A stretch of DNA of 64,000 bases from Vairimorpha necatrix (taxonomy: Eukaryota). The DNA lies in NCBI GenBank assembly GCA_036630325.1, contig CP142730.1:558001-622000 (forward strand), in the 5' to 3' direction. Made by a program: the position numbers and the translations under genes. How positions within the stretch are numbered: position 1 is the stretch's first letter; each line of letters starts with the position of its first letter. The notes below the pieces were generated by a model. It saw only the letters and a program-made list of their open reading frames with translations. It was not told the origin of the DNA and ran no database searches. Positions 32,103 to 44,417 of this stretch are shown here, piece after piece.

Positions 32103-32569
32103 TTTATGGGCAAAAAAATTATTCCTTAAATATTTTTAATTTTTTATGCGATTTTTTCTCCTTAAATATTTTTAAAAAATAGTTTGTTGGTTTAAACCAA
32201 CAAACTGATAAATTTAACTCTAAAGTAAAAAAGAATGTCTTGCCGTAGGATATTTTCATATTTAATAATAAAAAAAGACCTTTATTATAAGGTGAGTCAG
32301 TGACAAATGACATTTTTAAAGTCATTTATTTAATGTATTTACAAAATGAAAAGTTTTCTTTGCTTTATTAGTAATTCCATCAAGTTTTAAATCATCAATA
32401 CCAATAAATGTTTTATTCGTGCTACAATATCTACTTCATTAATTTTTTTATAATATTTCTGGCAATAAAGTGTTATTTGTGCTGTTATTACATTTCTTAT
32501 AGATTTTTGCATGTAATTAATCATCTTTTAGAAATGTCTTCTTCGTTTTCTTTATAAAATTCCCCTCCA

Positions 32570-33250
32570 ATGGAACAACATTTTATTTTGAGACTCAAAG
32601 ATGAACTTAAAGATATTATTGATTTAAAAGAATCAACTCTAGAAAGTTTAGACCATGAAATGGTACAACTAGTTTATAAAAACAAGAAATATCCCGGTAT
32701 TATTGTTAAACTACCATGTATTATGGAGTCCCAGAAGACACTGGACAAGAAACAATTTTATAAAATTTCAGATATTTCAAGAATGGTTGTAATATTCCCT
32801 CATAATGATTTTGATTTTGAAAAAGAGAGAAAAATGTACGAAATGAGTGGATTGTCCGCTCCCTTGAAATATTGCAAAGTGCGCCGGTTTAGGAAAAAAT
32901 TTACTGGTAAAATTCATTTACTCAATGAAATCGAACAGAAAGTCAATGAATTATTAGAAAAAGATAAAAGAGCGAAGAAAGTTGTAATAGAAGGAGAAGA
33001 AACTAATACAGCAGATGAAGACATTTTAGGCATAGTAGCAGAAATAGAAAATAATTTAGAAGATACAAATTTCGAAGCCAAACAAGAACAGACAAATGTA
33101 ATATTAGAGACACCAGAAATTATTCAGTTAAAAAGAGAAATTGAACAACAAAAATCTCTGGTTGATAATGCCCTGAATCCCATTTTACAACAAAGATTTA
33201 AAGCAAAATTAGACATTTTACTGGATAAATTAGAAAACATGTATAAATAA
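32570..33250 (+). CDS. TAF7: TFIID subunit TAF7
   Basis: MEQHFILRL, IVKLPCIMESQKTLDKKQFYKISDISRM and SGLSAPLK..K.RRFRK match the TAFII55 N domain. The C terminus is coiled-coil. Confidence 0.93.
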   Translation: MEQHFILRLKDELKDIIDLKESTLESLDHEMVQLVYKNKKYPGIIVKLPCIMESQKTLDKKQFYKISDISRMVVIFPHNDFDFEKERKMYEMSGLSAPLKYCKVRRFRKKFTGKIHLLNEIEQKVNELLEKDKRAKKVVIEGEETNTADEDILGIVAEIENNLEDTNFEAKQEQTNVILETPEIIQLKREIEQQKSLVDNALNPILQQRFKAKLDILLDKLENMYK

Positions 33251-33845
33251 ATAAAGAATTAAATTAAATAAATCTTTATATTTAATCTATTAATAAACAC
33301 AATATAGTCTTTTTCTTGATACCTTTAAATTTGGCTTTTATTTATTTTTCCAATATTATAATAGAATTTATGTTTAACATGACTGGACTGCGTCATTATT
33401 ACACTTTTAGTTTAAAATTAATTAAGAAGCCTCTAGTTAGTTAAATATATTTTCTGTATAACTGTATGTGCTAAGAATAAATTAAATGTTTGATATTAAT
33501 AGTGCCTGTTTATATAATATCAAATTTATGGCTTCATATTTATTCTTACTGAAAAAGATATAGATCAAGAATATACGCCGAGTAACGTAGTTACGGGACA
33601 TTAATATCTTCAAATAACAAAGCTATAATTTCTTATTAAATAACATCAGCTTAATTAAGGAATTATGACTTGTAGATTTATAGTTTTTAAGTAATCCTAT
33701 TATTTTAAATATCTCTGTACTACAATCATATAGAAATACATCGTAATTTTGTGGCCATAAACACGCAAAATATGAATAAAAAAGATTTAAACACATTTTC
33801 TGTACTTATTTCTAAGCTTTGGTGAAATCTTAATATTGGAAAGAT

Positions 33846-34270
33846 ATCATTAAGTTGATTCAATGAAACTTGTGTGCGTTAAACACAATTTGATTATAGT
33901 TTGGAATAGCATCTTAAGTCCTCAATAATATAGCTTAGGATCTACATTAATGTATGTTTATACTAAATAAAGATACAAGGCCATTGGCTTTTAGACTTGC
34001 ACAAGATTGTGTAAGTAAAGTTAAGAGACTAGACGAAGTAGAGCTGTGTGGTTTCAAGTGTCATTTTTTAAGTATTCTTATATGCTAATCTCTTATAACA
34101 GGCCTAGACCTATAGAACGAAAGACCTACAATATGTATGTAATGGGGCACGATCTATATTCAAGAAATAATGTCATGTTTCCGATTAGTACGATGATGTC
34201 TCTCCTCGGGTAATTTCCACCTAGTGAACTTTATATCTGCTATGAAATATTCTCGAAGCAAAGTGAGCAT
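33846..34270 (+). mobile_element. Highly diverged, headless relative of the SINE-like element (copy 4)
   Basis: Three motif islands occur in the same order as in the other copies: ATCATTAAGTTGATTCAATGAAACTTGTGTG (from 33846), AAGAGACTAGACGAAGTAG (34023-34041) and AGTACGATGATGTCTCTCCTCGGGT (34187-34211). The sequence between them is diverged and the boundaries are uncertain. Confidence 0.8.
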
Positions 34271-34954
34271 AAAGCTAATGTATAGCACAATCACTTTCTG
34301 TATGTTTATTTAAGTGTGTTATGATTTGAATTCACAATATAACGAGTATAGCGCACTTAAAACATATAAAATTATGATGTGAGTTATTTCTTTACTATAC
34401 CTTATAAGAAATAATTTACATTGCCGAAATCTGTTTTCCTAAGTATAAAAGCTACCAACACTAGCAGCAGCCCACTAAAAAAGACTAATTTTCATAGTAA
34501 ACAGTTTTTAGTTTAAAAATTATCAGGCTACAATACTGACAATATTTCACAATGCTTTTATTGCGCCTGTGGTTGTTCTAAGCCATTTTGTCAAATTTTG
34601 TATATTCTTTCACTGAGACTTGCGATAAAACAGGAGATCGGAAAATCAAAACATTAAGAAGAATTCTTATGAATTTACTTTTAAGTTCTGCTAATATTAT
34701 CGTTTATTCTTACGGATATAATTTATGTATATTAAAATTTATCTACTTACATCTTTTTTTTGGTTTCTTTGGGACATCAATGCTCAATATTTTTTTTTAA
34801 GTAAATCTTATTTTTTTATGCGAAATATGCTAAATCATTTTTTTTATGACGTTTAAATATGTTAGATTTTTTAATATAAAATAAAATTGATAAATTTTAG
34901 TAATTTATAACTAAATAAAGTTTATTTATTTCTATAAAATTTGTTTATTTTAAA

Positions 34955-35635
34955 TTATTCGATATTTTTAAATATCTTATGTTTGTTATTATACTTATAA
35001 TCTACTAGGACATCTTGTATATCATTCCATATTTCATAAAAATCTGATATTTTAAAAATTGTTTCTTTTTCATTTTCAAACATGAATCTTTTTCTTTTTT
35101 GTTCTTCCAAAACATTATTCAAATTTATATCAATTTTCTCTACCTTTTTTTTCAAAAAAATTATTTCGCAATTTTTTATAAATTTTTTCATTTCTTCGTC
35201 TTTTTCAATTTTGTCATTTACATAATTAATTTTTATTTTTGGTTTATAATCAAGATCATTCAAATTATTACGAGCTATTCCTGTAAAATTTTGATCATTT
35301 GGTAGAATTCTTAAACAATGTAATAAAGATTTATTATTTCCAATGTCATTTAAATTTTTTTTTAAAGTATTTTGAGCTTTTAAAAAAGAAATCAGTTCTT
35401 TTTCTTGTAAAGAATTTTCAGAAAAAAAACTTTCTATTAGAAATTTCGTGGTTGGTTCAGAAAATATTTCTGAACCAATAGATTTATTGAGTTTTAATGA
35501 TATTTGTATTATGTAATATTTAAGTACATCAGAAATGAGATTTAGACTCTGTTCTGATATTCTATCAAATCCAATTTGTAAACAAATCTCTGAGACGCAA
35601 AGTTTTAATATGTGGAAGTTTAGATTTGACTTCAT
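34955..35635 (-). CDS. Bromodomain-associated (Bromo_TP) histone-fold protein, TAF3/TAF8-like
   Basis: ILKLCVSEICLQIGFDRISEQSLNLISDVLKYYI is the typical histone-fold start of TAF3/TAF8. Start placed at ATG 35635 (MKSNL), downstream of a CCC motif. Confidence 0.7.
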   Translation of the reverse strand: MKSNLNFHILKLCVSEICLQIGFDRISEQSLNLISDVLKYYIIQISLKLNKSIGSEIFSEPTTKFLIESFFSENSLQEKELISFLKAQNTLKKNLNDIGNNKSLLHCLRILPNDQNFTGIARNNLNDLDYKPKIKINYVNDKIEKDEEMKKFIKNCEIIFLKKKVEKIDINLNNVLEEQKRKRFMFENEKETIFKISDFYEIWNDIQDVLVDYKYNNKHKIFKNIE

Positions 35636-36116
35636 GATTTTTAATAATAGGGATAAAAAATAAGAAATTCCGAAAAAAGTAAACAAATTTGAAATCAAGT
35701 GTGAAACTTAAAGAGAAGTAATAAATAAAGCAAATCATTGTGTTTACATTACATCACATGGGCATAAAATTGATTGTACTCAATTTTAATGTTGGAAAAA
35801 TATAATTTGCGAACAAAATCGTTGTTTACAAATGATTTATTGTCACAATTTATTTAAAAAAGGATGTCTTCTAAGATTGCTGATACTTGTGTTGAAAGAT
35901 TTTCATTTGTCTAACAGAAATTTATAAAACTTTTGATTGATTTTTTGATTTTATTTTCAAGGGGTGCAATTTTTGACATCTATTAAAAATGAATATCAAT
36001 TGCAGAAATGCAACACTTAAATGGCCTGAAATACGCAAATTAAGTTATTATAATGCAATGTATTTGTTTTCTGGCAATAGAATAAAAAATATTTTTATAA
36101 AATTTTTCTTTATTAT

Positions 36117-36422
36117 TTAAAAGATTTTATTGCAAATAGAACTTAAAATTGGCTTCAGTATGGGGCCAAAAACTAGCCAAACGAGTAAGCCTATTACTAA
36201 CACCAGGATTATTGTATATTTCGCCCACTTAATAAACATTCTTCTCCTTGTTTCCTGTGAGGTCTGTTGATGTTCCTCTGTCGTCTTTACAAGCCCTGAT
36301 GATTTCTTATGTAAACCTCCTTCTAAATCAGCCAAATCTTCTGTTTCTTTTAATCTGTCCGCGACTTTACTTTTCAACGCATTTACTTCGTCTTCAATCT
36401 TGTCAGCTAAATCGTCACTCAT
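36117..36422 (-). CDS. Synaptobrevin/VAMP-like R-SNARE (divergent)
   Basis: 101 aa with a coiled-coil SNARE-like segment (L.DL..KS..L), basic RRRMFIKWAK, then one transmembrane helix. Confidence 0.7.
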   Translation of the reverse strand: MSDDLADKIEDEVNALKSKVADRLKETEDLADLEGGLHKKSSGLVKTTEEHQQTSQETRRRMFIKWAKYTIILVLVIGLLVWLVFGPILKPILSSICNKIF

Positions 36423-36590
36423 TGTTATTTATATGATTTTTTATTTATCTTTGTTACAAAAAATGTTAAAATCATATTGTTTTATTTATCAAATATAAAA
36501 TATTTAATTCAATATTAAAAGTTCTTGATCTAATATCCATACTATTTGTGTTTGTTCTAAAATTATTTAGTACTTAATCTTTTATGTTTA

Positions 36591-37721
36591 TTACAAATCA
36601 TCAAATAAATTCTCAATAACAGAATAATTTATCTTACTAGATACTCTTTTATTAAGAGATTTCAATACATCTGACACATTATTATATTGCTTTTTATTAT
36701 TTTTTCTTTTTGGTTTTTTTATATGTTTAAGCTTTTCTTCTTTTTCTATCATAAATGATCCATACATTTCTTCCCACATTTTTTCTCTTTCAGCTACTTC
36801 CTCTTCATTCAGAAGATCTTCTTCCGAATTATCTTCAAAAATTTTATTATCTGAAAAATTTTCAATTTTTTTAAAATTTTTTTTTGATTCATTTTTTAGT
36901 ACTGGCGGGTCTTCTTCTTTAATTTTCCATTCAGAATTAAATTCATTTAAACTTAACTGTGCTGATTCTGTGTCTCCAATTTCCATCAATCTTTTTCTTA
37001 AGATTGTTTCTGACACATGTACCACTTTGGCTATTTCAATAATACTTCTTTCTTCGTTATAAACTCGACTGGCTATCAAAATTGCCACGCCGCAAATATT
37101 ATTTGGTCTTCTTCCTGTTGTTATCCAGTCTCTATTCATTCTAGAAATAATTCTCAAAGCCAAAGATGTTATTTTCGGATTTTTCAAATTTAATTTAATT
37201 ATATATCTCTGGATATACAGCGTAGGGTCTACATTTGGTATATTAAGATTTAAAACTTCTACAATTTTATTAAACGACTTGCCAATTTTAAATACATCTA
37301 TATTTAGAGCATTAGAAAAATCTATCAATAAATGAGGAGTTTTTTCTTCTCTACACACAATATAAATACAAGCACTGAGAGTGTACAAGATAGACTTCCC
37401 TTTACTGAGATTATAAGGAAGAAGTAATCTGTAATATCTATATGAACATTCTAAGAAATTATTCCCTAGTCCCATATTTGAACAAATACTAGAGATGGTA
37501 TTTTTAATATAGAAGCTTGCGTCTACATATTGCGTGCCGACATGTTTAGAATCAATATTGATTATTTTGCCATTAAGTGTGCTTTTAGTTCCATTATCAG
37601 TAAAATTTATTGTGTTTACTATTATGTTCTCTTCTTGTACCATACCACAATTGGTACAATAGACTACTCCTTGGACACTGTCAGTGGCAGTATTGGAAGA
37701 ATTACAGTTACTACAAATCAT
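36591..37721 (-). CDS. BRF1: TFIIIB subunit Brf1
   Basis: Zn ribbon CxxC...CTNCG.V.EEN, ACIYIVCREEKTPHLLIDFS, DPTLYI.R, MNRDWITTGRRP..ICG and C-terminal SSKINY. Confidence 0.95.
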   Translation of the reverse strand: MICSNCNSSNTATDSVQGVVYCTNCGMVQEENIIVNTINFTDNGTKSTLNGKIINIDSKHVGTQYVDASFYIKNTISSICSNMGLGNNFLECSYRYYRLLLPYNLSKGKSILYTLSACIYIVCREEKTPHLLIDFSNALNIDVFKIGKSFNKIVEVLNLNIPNVDPTLYIQRYIIKLNLKNPKITSLALRIISRMNRDWITTGRRPNNICGVAILIASRVYNEERSIIEIAKVVHVSETILRKRLMEIGDTESAQLSLNEFNSEWKIKEEDPPVLKNESKKNFKKIENFSDNKIFEDNSEEDLLNEEEVAEREKMWEEMYGSFMIEKEEKLKHIKKPKRKNNKKQYNNVSDVLKSLNKRVSSKINYSVIENLFDDL

Positions 37722-38651
37722 TGGGGGTGAAAAAAGAGAAATAAATAAAACCAGTAAGAATTTGTTGATAAATAAATTAAAAAAAAATCAAATATTGGAA
37801 TTTTGATTTTTTGAAAATGTTAAATATGTCAAATCGAAAAATTATGATATGACCCCTTTTAATTATCTTAACGACATATTTTTTAAATTTAAAATTTATT
37901 TAATTGATACGTGTCCATGTAATATTAAAAAGGCGTCTTTTTGCTTTTTTATTTTACAATGTGCCACAATTAAATTAATTTAGACTTGTTATATTTTCCC
38001 TTTTATTTATTTAATAATTCAATGTCTCTTTTACATGTATATTTATTTTTTTTAGATGTTATTTATACATGTGTTCATTCCGTCTGCTTTATATAATCTG
38101 TTACAGATTTCAATATTTCTGGTGTTTTTTGACTTAACCTCGAAACACACGAGTATTTCGGTCTGTACAACTTTATTTCATAAGCATTATCTTTCTAGCA
38201 AGTGCTTTTTCTTGTCATTGTTTCTTTCTCTCCAGCAACTTTTGATCGTATCTGCGTCTCTGAACCAATGAGAAAGAGTCTATAATTTTTCTTAAGCACA
38301 TTTTGCGGGATGTATGCTTCAAAAAAAAATTGATTTTATCAACCTGATGTACTTTCTGTAATTTTGAGTTGCTAAATAGTTTCGTATCATCCTAAAAAAC
38401 GTCCTTTCGAGAATATATGTTTTTTTTTTGGATATCATACTTTCCCGGGCTTTTCTTTTCCTACGTTAGATATTAATTCCAATTGGTATTTGAACTTTTA
38501 TTATTAATATTCGCCTTTTCTTCTTGCTAAATACACAGATGTTGGTTATTTTTTTTCGTAAAAAAACATATTTCCTACATACACTTATTTCAGCTCATCG
38601 CTTTATTATCTCTGTATTAAGCGTCCTGTATTTTTTTGATTCTTAAAATCA

Positions 38652-38762
38652 TATTAATGTTACATTACATTTCATTTAATTGTTAAATTAATGTTACATT
38701 GAATTTCATTTAATTGTTAAATTAATGCTACATTGAATTTCATTTAATTGTTAAATTAATGC
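38652..38762. repeat. 34 bp minisatellite, ~3 copies
   Basis: ATTAATGTTACATTGAATTTCATTTAATTGTTAA repeated in tandem. Confidence 0.85.
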
Positions 38763-41170
38763 AATGTACCAAGGTTGTAATTATGAAAAAATTCTGAAAA
38801 TACAAAACAAATTAAAAAAAAATTTTGGCAATAAAAAAAATTAAATAAGTTATTTATTTTGTAGGAATGCCAAAATATAACTTATTAAAGATCCTAAAGT
38901 CTGAATTAAAATTCTCATAAGTGTTTACAGACTCATAAAAATGATTATAACGAGCCACGGGTTTATATTTTTTTTGCTATACCGTAGAGTAGGTACAAGA
39001 CATTTTTATATTAAATGCTACTAAAAAATTCATATTTCTATGTTAATTTAAATATATATAGGGTAAAAAAGCAATATTTGTTATTTAATTGTCAATCGAA
39101 GAAAGAAACAATTTATTGTTGTTGTGAATAAATAAAATGTATTTCCATCTTTCCATCTAAAAAGCATATACATGAAGTAATAACTATAATTATTGTATGC
39201 TCTTATTATAATCTTGAGTTTTATTGACATTTATTGTCTCTTAATAATGTTATTCTATATTTTTTCTTTTATTTAAAAAATAGTATAAAATTAGACGCAA
39301 ATACTCTCATTTTACGTATATCTTGCATTAGTAGATATATTTTTGTATAATTTCATATAAAACGTTAAATTGAAATTTCTTATGTAGGACAAATTATCTC
39401 GGCAGTATTAATTTATGTCAACTCTTCCAGGGCTACAAATTCATAACCATACATTTAATATACAAGCAGAATATATTCTAGCCGAGATACAAATAGCGCA
39501 AGAACATTTCCCATAAAGTCATAGTGAGAATCTTTTGTTTCTTTGGTAGGTATATGTAATTTGTATATCATGAAAGTAACAAAAGATTTTTTGTGTTACC
39601 ATTGCACCATAAATGAAAAAAATGTGCACTATAACCTAAATTTTTTAATCAACAGTATATTAATTCTGAGACTATCAATAGAGTTTAGGTCAGGACAACA
39701 AGTAGTTTTTATATTTGTGTCGTGCTAGAACAAATCACGCCTTAAAAGTTTTCAAACACAGAATAAGTAGTTCAGTTAGAAATTGTCATATTAGCTCTGA
39801 AGACACAGCATCAGCACATTTCACTGCCTTTTTGCTCGATACATAACCAGCCTGTGTATTTATAATGCTTTATCACATGTTGAAATTAAGTATCAGCTAT
39901 TTTAATACCTCAAGAGCATAATAACCCAAGATCTTGATTAAAGTGAAATTTAATTATAATTGCTCGGATTACTTCTCGTAAAAGTGCTTTAATGTATTTG
40001 AAATGGATCCGTTTTTTTTTGTACATTGAATAATTCTTATGCAATATTATTTTAATTTTTAATAGGTCACTTTGTTACAAGGCAGTGCTCCTGTCCGTTG
40101 AACTAGTGTCTTTTTATACGTATAAAGAGTATAAAATTTTTTTATAGACATTTTTTCATTTTTGATGACTTAATTATAGAAACTAAAAATATTTTATTAA
40201 TAATGAATCTGGTTTTGTGTGTGAACACACTCCCCCATGCACCAAATACAGATTTAATGCAAAAAATCAGCTCGCATGTTTTTACTTAGACTAAGATTGT
40301 TATAGATCATGATATATTTATGCAGTTTATATATTTTTTGCTTTTATTTTGCAAATAATATTTGTTGACAATAGCATAAATCATGTTGAAAGACTTTCTA
40401 ATAAGCTTTTAATTCTAAAACGCAAACCTAAAGCCAATCAAACTTTACAGAGTAACATAACATTTTAGCTACATTTATAGAATGGTTGAGTCCGATAAAA
40501 TTTGACATTCTGCATTGTAAGACTTGTATGAGATAAAATATGCACTCCAAACAAGCCAAATGATTTTCTAAGATTGCGCAATAATGCTAAATTTTTTTTA
40601 AAAAAATATACGAGGAATACAATATTGTACAAACGAGCTTATTGAGAAATTAATTTAATTTCGTGATATATATATATATAGAATAAAAAAAAAGGTTTAT
40701 TCATTATAATATCAAAAATACGAATATTAGCAAGAGAAAGGAAGAAATTTTATTTTACTCATCTGAAAAAGTTTAAAAAAATGAATAATTTTTTTTTTAT
40801 TTGTTAGAGACCTCTTTATACATCTAGAATAAAAAAATAAATATCTCGACTTGAAGAAAAAATATCAAATGTTTAAATAAATCAACACGGTAATTTTAAC
40901 GAATTTAAGCATTAACTCTTAATAACAAGCCGTCTAAGAAGCATAACTCAATTTATAAAAAATAACATGTAGGAAACAGTTGTATATTTCATTTTTTATC
41001 TAGAACTTTTGTATCCGACAATTATAAGTCAGGCTCCTGTAAAAAAACGAATCTCAGTATAAAATTATTGCTCAGATCTTCAGATTTTTATAATTAACTA
41101 TATTTTTAGTCTCAATATAATTAGATAAATTTTCTGGATATTTTTATTGGTGTTTTATGCAAATATAAAA

Positions 41171-41949
41171 GGATTCGCCCAGTAGTCGAAGGCGATGCTT
41201 CCATTGAGCATTAACTAAGTTCGAATCATAGGGCACCAAAATTGTTTCTACTTTCTATGATGCAGATGGAACAACTCAGATGATGAAAATGTCCACGATA
41301 ATCATTTAGTTAGTTCAATGAAACTTGTGTGTGTTCAGCCACAAGGGGATTAGCATCTAGTGTAGAAACGCACCTCAAAGCCAAAAAGCAGTATCGCCCT
41401 TTGATGACTTAATGATACATAAAAGTATCTGATTGATACGGTCTATGTGGAACACATAGTAGATGCACTTTAGAGTGAAATCCTAGAGCTAACTAAGAGA
41501 CTAGACGAAGTAGGGCAATAGAAGGTCTCGTGGAGCCTATCCTACAAGATTCTGTAACACAGCGGACGAGACTAGTGGGAGATTGGTGGCCAACACAGCC
41601 CTTCAAAAATGCCAGGGCAGGTGATGTGTCGATGCTGAGGCTGCGTGCGATACAAATGATTATATAAAGCTTAATTTAGAAGATGATGTATCTCTTCGAG
41701 TTTTAGATAACCATGCTCGTCCGTATATCCGCCGTGAGGTCATTCTGGGCGCGATTTGAGATTAAATGGAAAGTGTTTTCATTGAGCCAAAGTCCTTTGG
41801 TTACGACGGAGCTTGCTGCGCTGGCAAGTTATTTGGATGTAGTTTTAGTGAGTAACAATCCCAATGTACCAGTTGGATAAGGATCTTACATAGATCCTCT
41901 GGTCCCTATGTAAGGTTTCTTTCCACATCTTACTTGGAACGAAAAAAAT
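41171..41949 (+). mobile_element. tRNA-headed SINE-like element, copy 5 (11 bp TSD)
   Basis: Head contains GCTTCCATTGAGC, GTTCGAATC and GGGCACCA; the body is full length and the end is A-rich. TGCAAATATAA flanks both sides (41158-41168 and 41950-41960). Confidence 0.9.
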
Positions 41950-42825
41950 TGCAAATATAAGTTTATATTAAGATTAATATACAGTGAAGGAATATTTTCA
42001 TGGAGAACAGACAGAATGCTCGCACTGATATAAAGCGTAAAGACACGACGAGATGCCAATAACAATGTAAAACATGGAGCACATGGTTAAATAAGATGGG
42101 AGTGTGCCGAATCATAAATACAATTAAGATATAAAGGTTATCTCGTGTTCAAAGTGAAGCCATATAGTCTTAAATTAGCAGATAAATTAGGTTGGGTTCT
42201 TAATCTACAGGATATATATCAAATTATCAAGGCTAACATTGTAATTGTGGACAAATTGAGCAATTAGCCGCTCAATATGGGATAGGATTATAAGATCTAA
42301 TATAATGCATGCGGCGGAGAAGATAAAAAACAAAATCGACCTTCTAGCACTATTATGGAATCACAACGAAAAAACAAGCGTCTTTTTTTTATGTGCTTGA
42401 GGCGGAATTTATTCCAACTTTGTCCACGCACACACTAAAGAGCTTAAATTTAAGCACAACAAAGGATAAAAGTGTTTAATGACCTCGAAAAATAGCTGTG
42501 CGAAGCAGAAGTGAACTTTAAAAAAGATAAGCAAGCTACTTGCGAAAAAAAGAGGAAGATGTCTAAAACAACTCCAGGGCCGATGACTCTGGGGAAAGTC
42601 AGTATACAGAGATTGCAAAACATTAATAAAATGACACTATACCAGATCAAATTGAATGTAAAACATTATAATTAAAATTTAAATAATATTTTAGTTAGTC
42701 GTTTGATATAAGACTTTAATCTAATGCGATTTTAAGAACATTTTAAAATTTAGAGTGTGCGTTTTCCACTGCATTTTTCTTATGGCCCTTGATCTCGTTT
42801 GAATTTCTGCCCAAATTTTCACCCC

Positions 42826-43491
42826 ATGGTCGAAAATGAAAAGTGCGATTTTTCTCATTCTAAAATATCTCAGATTCCTAAAATACCTCCACAAACTCAC
42901 AAACTTGATCTAAGGCGTAATTTAATAGAAATTATGAATTTACCCCACTTACCAAATCTTATAGAACTAGATCTCTCAGATAATAAAATCCAAGAAATAA
43001 AATATCTCGAAAATATACCAAATATAAAAATCTTAGACTTAAGTTATAACTTGATTTCTAATATAAAAATTCCTCCTCTAAATTTAGAAGAATTATATTT
43101 GATTTGCAATGACATAGAAAAAATAGAAGGCTTAAATTTGCCATCTCTAAAAATTTTAGATTTGGCAGTAAATGAAATTTCACTTATTGAGAACTTAGAA
43201 AAATGCACAAATTTGACTGAGTTGTATTTGGGCAGTAATAAAATTTCAGACTTGCCTGATTTGACATTTTTAAGAAATTTGAAAATTTTGGATTTACAAA
43301 ATAATAATTTGGTAGAAATAGATTGTAGAAAATTACCAAAATCGATTACACAATTTTTAGTGAGTGAAAATCATAAATTAAAAGAAATTAAAGGAATAGA
43401 ATATTTAGAGAATTTAACATTATTGGGAATTAGGAAAACAAGAATAAAAGAAATAAAATGTAAAAAAACAATAGAAATATGGAAAGATTAG
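42826..43491 (+). CDS. Leucine-rich repeat protein, Sds22/PP1 regulatory subunit 7-like
   Basis: Repeated LxxLDLSxNxIxxIxxL units. The real start is probably the ATG at 42826 after CCCC. Confidence 0.85.
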   Translation: MVENEKCDFSHSKISQIPKIPPQTHKLDLRRNLIEIMNLPHLPNLIELDLSDNKIQEIKYLENIPNIKILDLSYNLISNIKIPPLNLEELYLICNDIEKIEGLNLPSLKILDLAVNEISLIENLEKCTNLTELYLGSNKISDLPDLTFLRNLKILDLQNNNLVEIDCRKLPKSITQFLVSENHKLKEIKGIEYLENLTLLGIRKTRIKEIKCKKTIEIWKD

Positions 43492-43549
43492 AAAAAAACA
43501 GAATTGAAGCTTAGTTTTAATTGGTAAGAATTTTAAGATAAAAAAAACA

Positions 43550-43755
43550 TTATTTTAAATCTAAAAATTTGTAATTTATTAGCATGATTTTAAATCTAAA
43601 AACTTCGTAATTTATTAGCATGATTTTATATAGAAAAATCTTAGCTTAAAAACATGATTTTAAATGTAAAAATTTTCAGCTTAAAAACATGATTTTAAAT
43701 GTAAAAATTTGCAGTTTATTAATACTTGATTTTAAATGCAAAATTTTGCAGTTTA
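43550..43755. repeat. Degenerate ~36 bp minisatellite between convergent genes
   Basis: Recurrent ATGATTTTAAAT(C/G)TAAAAATTT units, about 6 copies. Confidence 0.7.
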
Positions 43756-43836
43756 GAAATATTTGATTCGAAATAATTTATTTATTTAATATACAATACA
43801 AAAATTGAAATTTCTAAAAAACTTTATTTTTTTATT

Positions 43837-44205
43837 TTATTTCTTACGCTTAATATTCAATTTATGAATTATTAATATCTTTTTATATTCAAAATCCATT
43901 TTCTTGACTAAATTAGAAATTGATGGAGCAACACAAGGATTCTTCTTCTTCTTATTTTCTTTTAATACTAAAATATCATGAACTTTATTTTTTAGTTCAG
44001 AATGAATTAATTCATTCTTAATAATATTTTTTTGCTTTAATTCTTCTAATGTGGGTCTATTTTTAAATTTATTATTTAATAATTTAGAAGTAAAATCAAT
44101 TTTCTCTAATAAAAATTCTCTAGATTCTAACGTGAAATTCATTTCTTTAAATTTTAAAGGTCCAGTTAAATATTTAGCAATTTGTAATCTTAAATCATTA
44201 TTCAT
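43837..44205 (-). CDS. Small RPEL-motif protein
   Basis: LLNNKFKNRPTLEELKQKNII matches the RPEL consensus L..KL..RP...EL..+NIL. Confidence 0.7.
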   Translation of the reverse strand: MNNDLRLQIAKYLTGPLKFKEMNFTLESREFLLEKIDFTSKLLNNKFKNRPTLEELKQKNIIKNELIHSELKNKVHDILVLKENKKKKNPCVAPSISNLVKKMDFEYKKILIIHKLNIKRKK

Positions 44206-44417
44206 TGAATGAAGAAAAATGTAATTAATCTTTTATATTTTTATTTATGTGTCAATAAAATAATAACCAATCATATTAATTTGATCCTTTTTTCGATAAT
44301 TAGATTTCTTCTAAAAATGAGTTTGTTTGTTTCAACAAACAAACTCTTCTTTTTTTCTATAAATTCAATTTTTAGCATAAAATACAAGCGAAAAATAAAA
44401 AAAATATTTATCCCCAC

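Noticed and set aside
38652-38762. 34 bp repeats of CRISPR-like length
   Set aside because: The units are directly adjacent with no unique spacers, there are no cas genes, and the context is eukaryotic. It is a minisatellite.
41990-42650. Slightly GC-richer, coding-like tract downstream of SINE copy 5
   Set aside because: No sustained frame or recognisable RT or transposase motif found.
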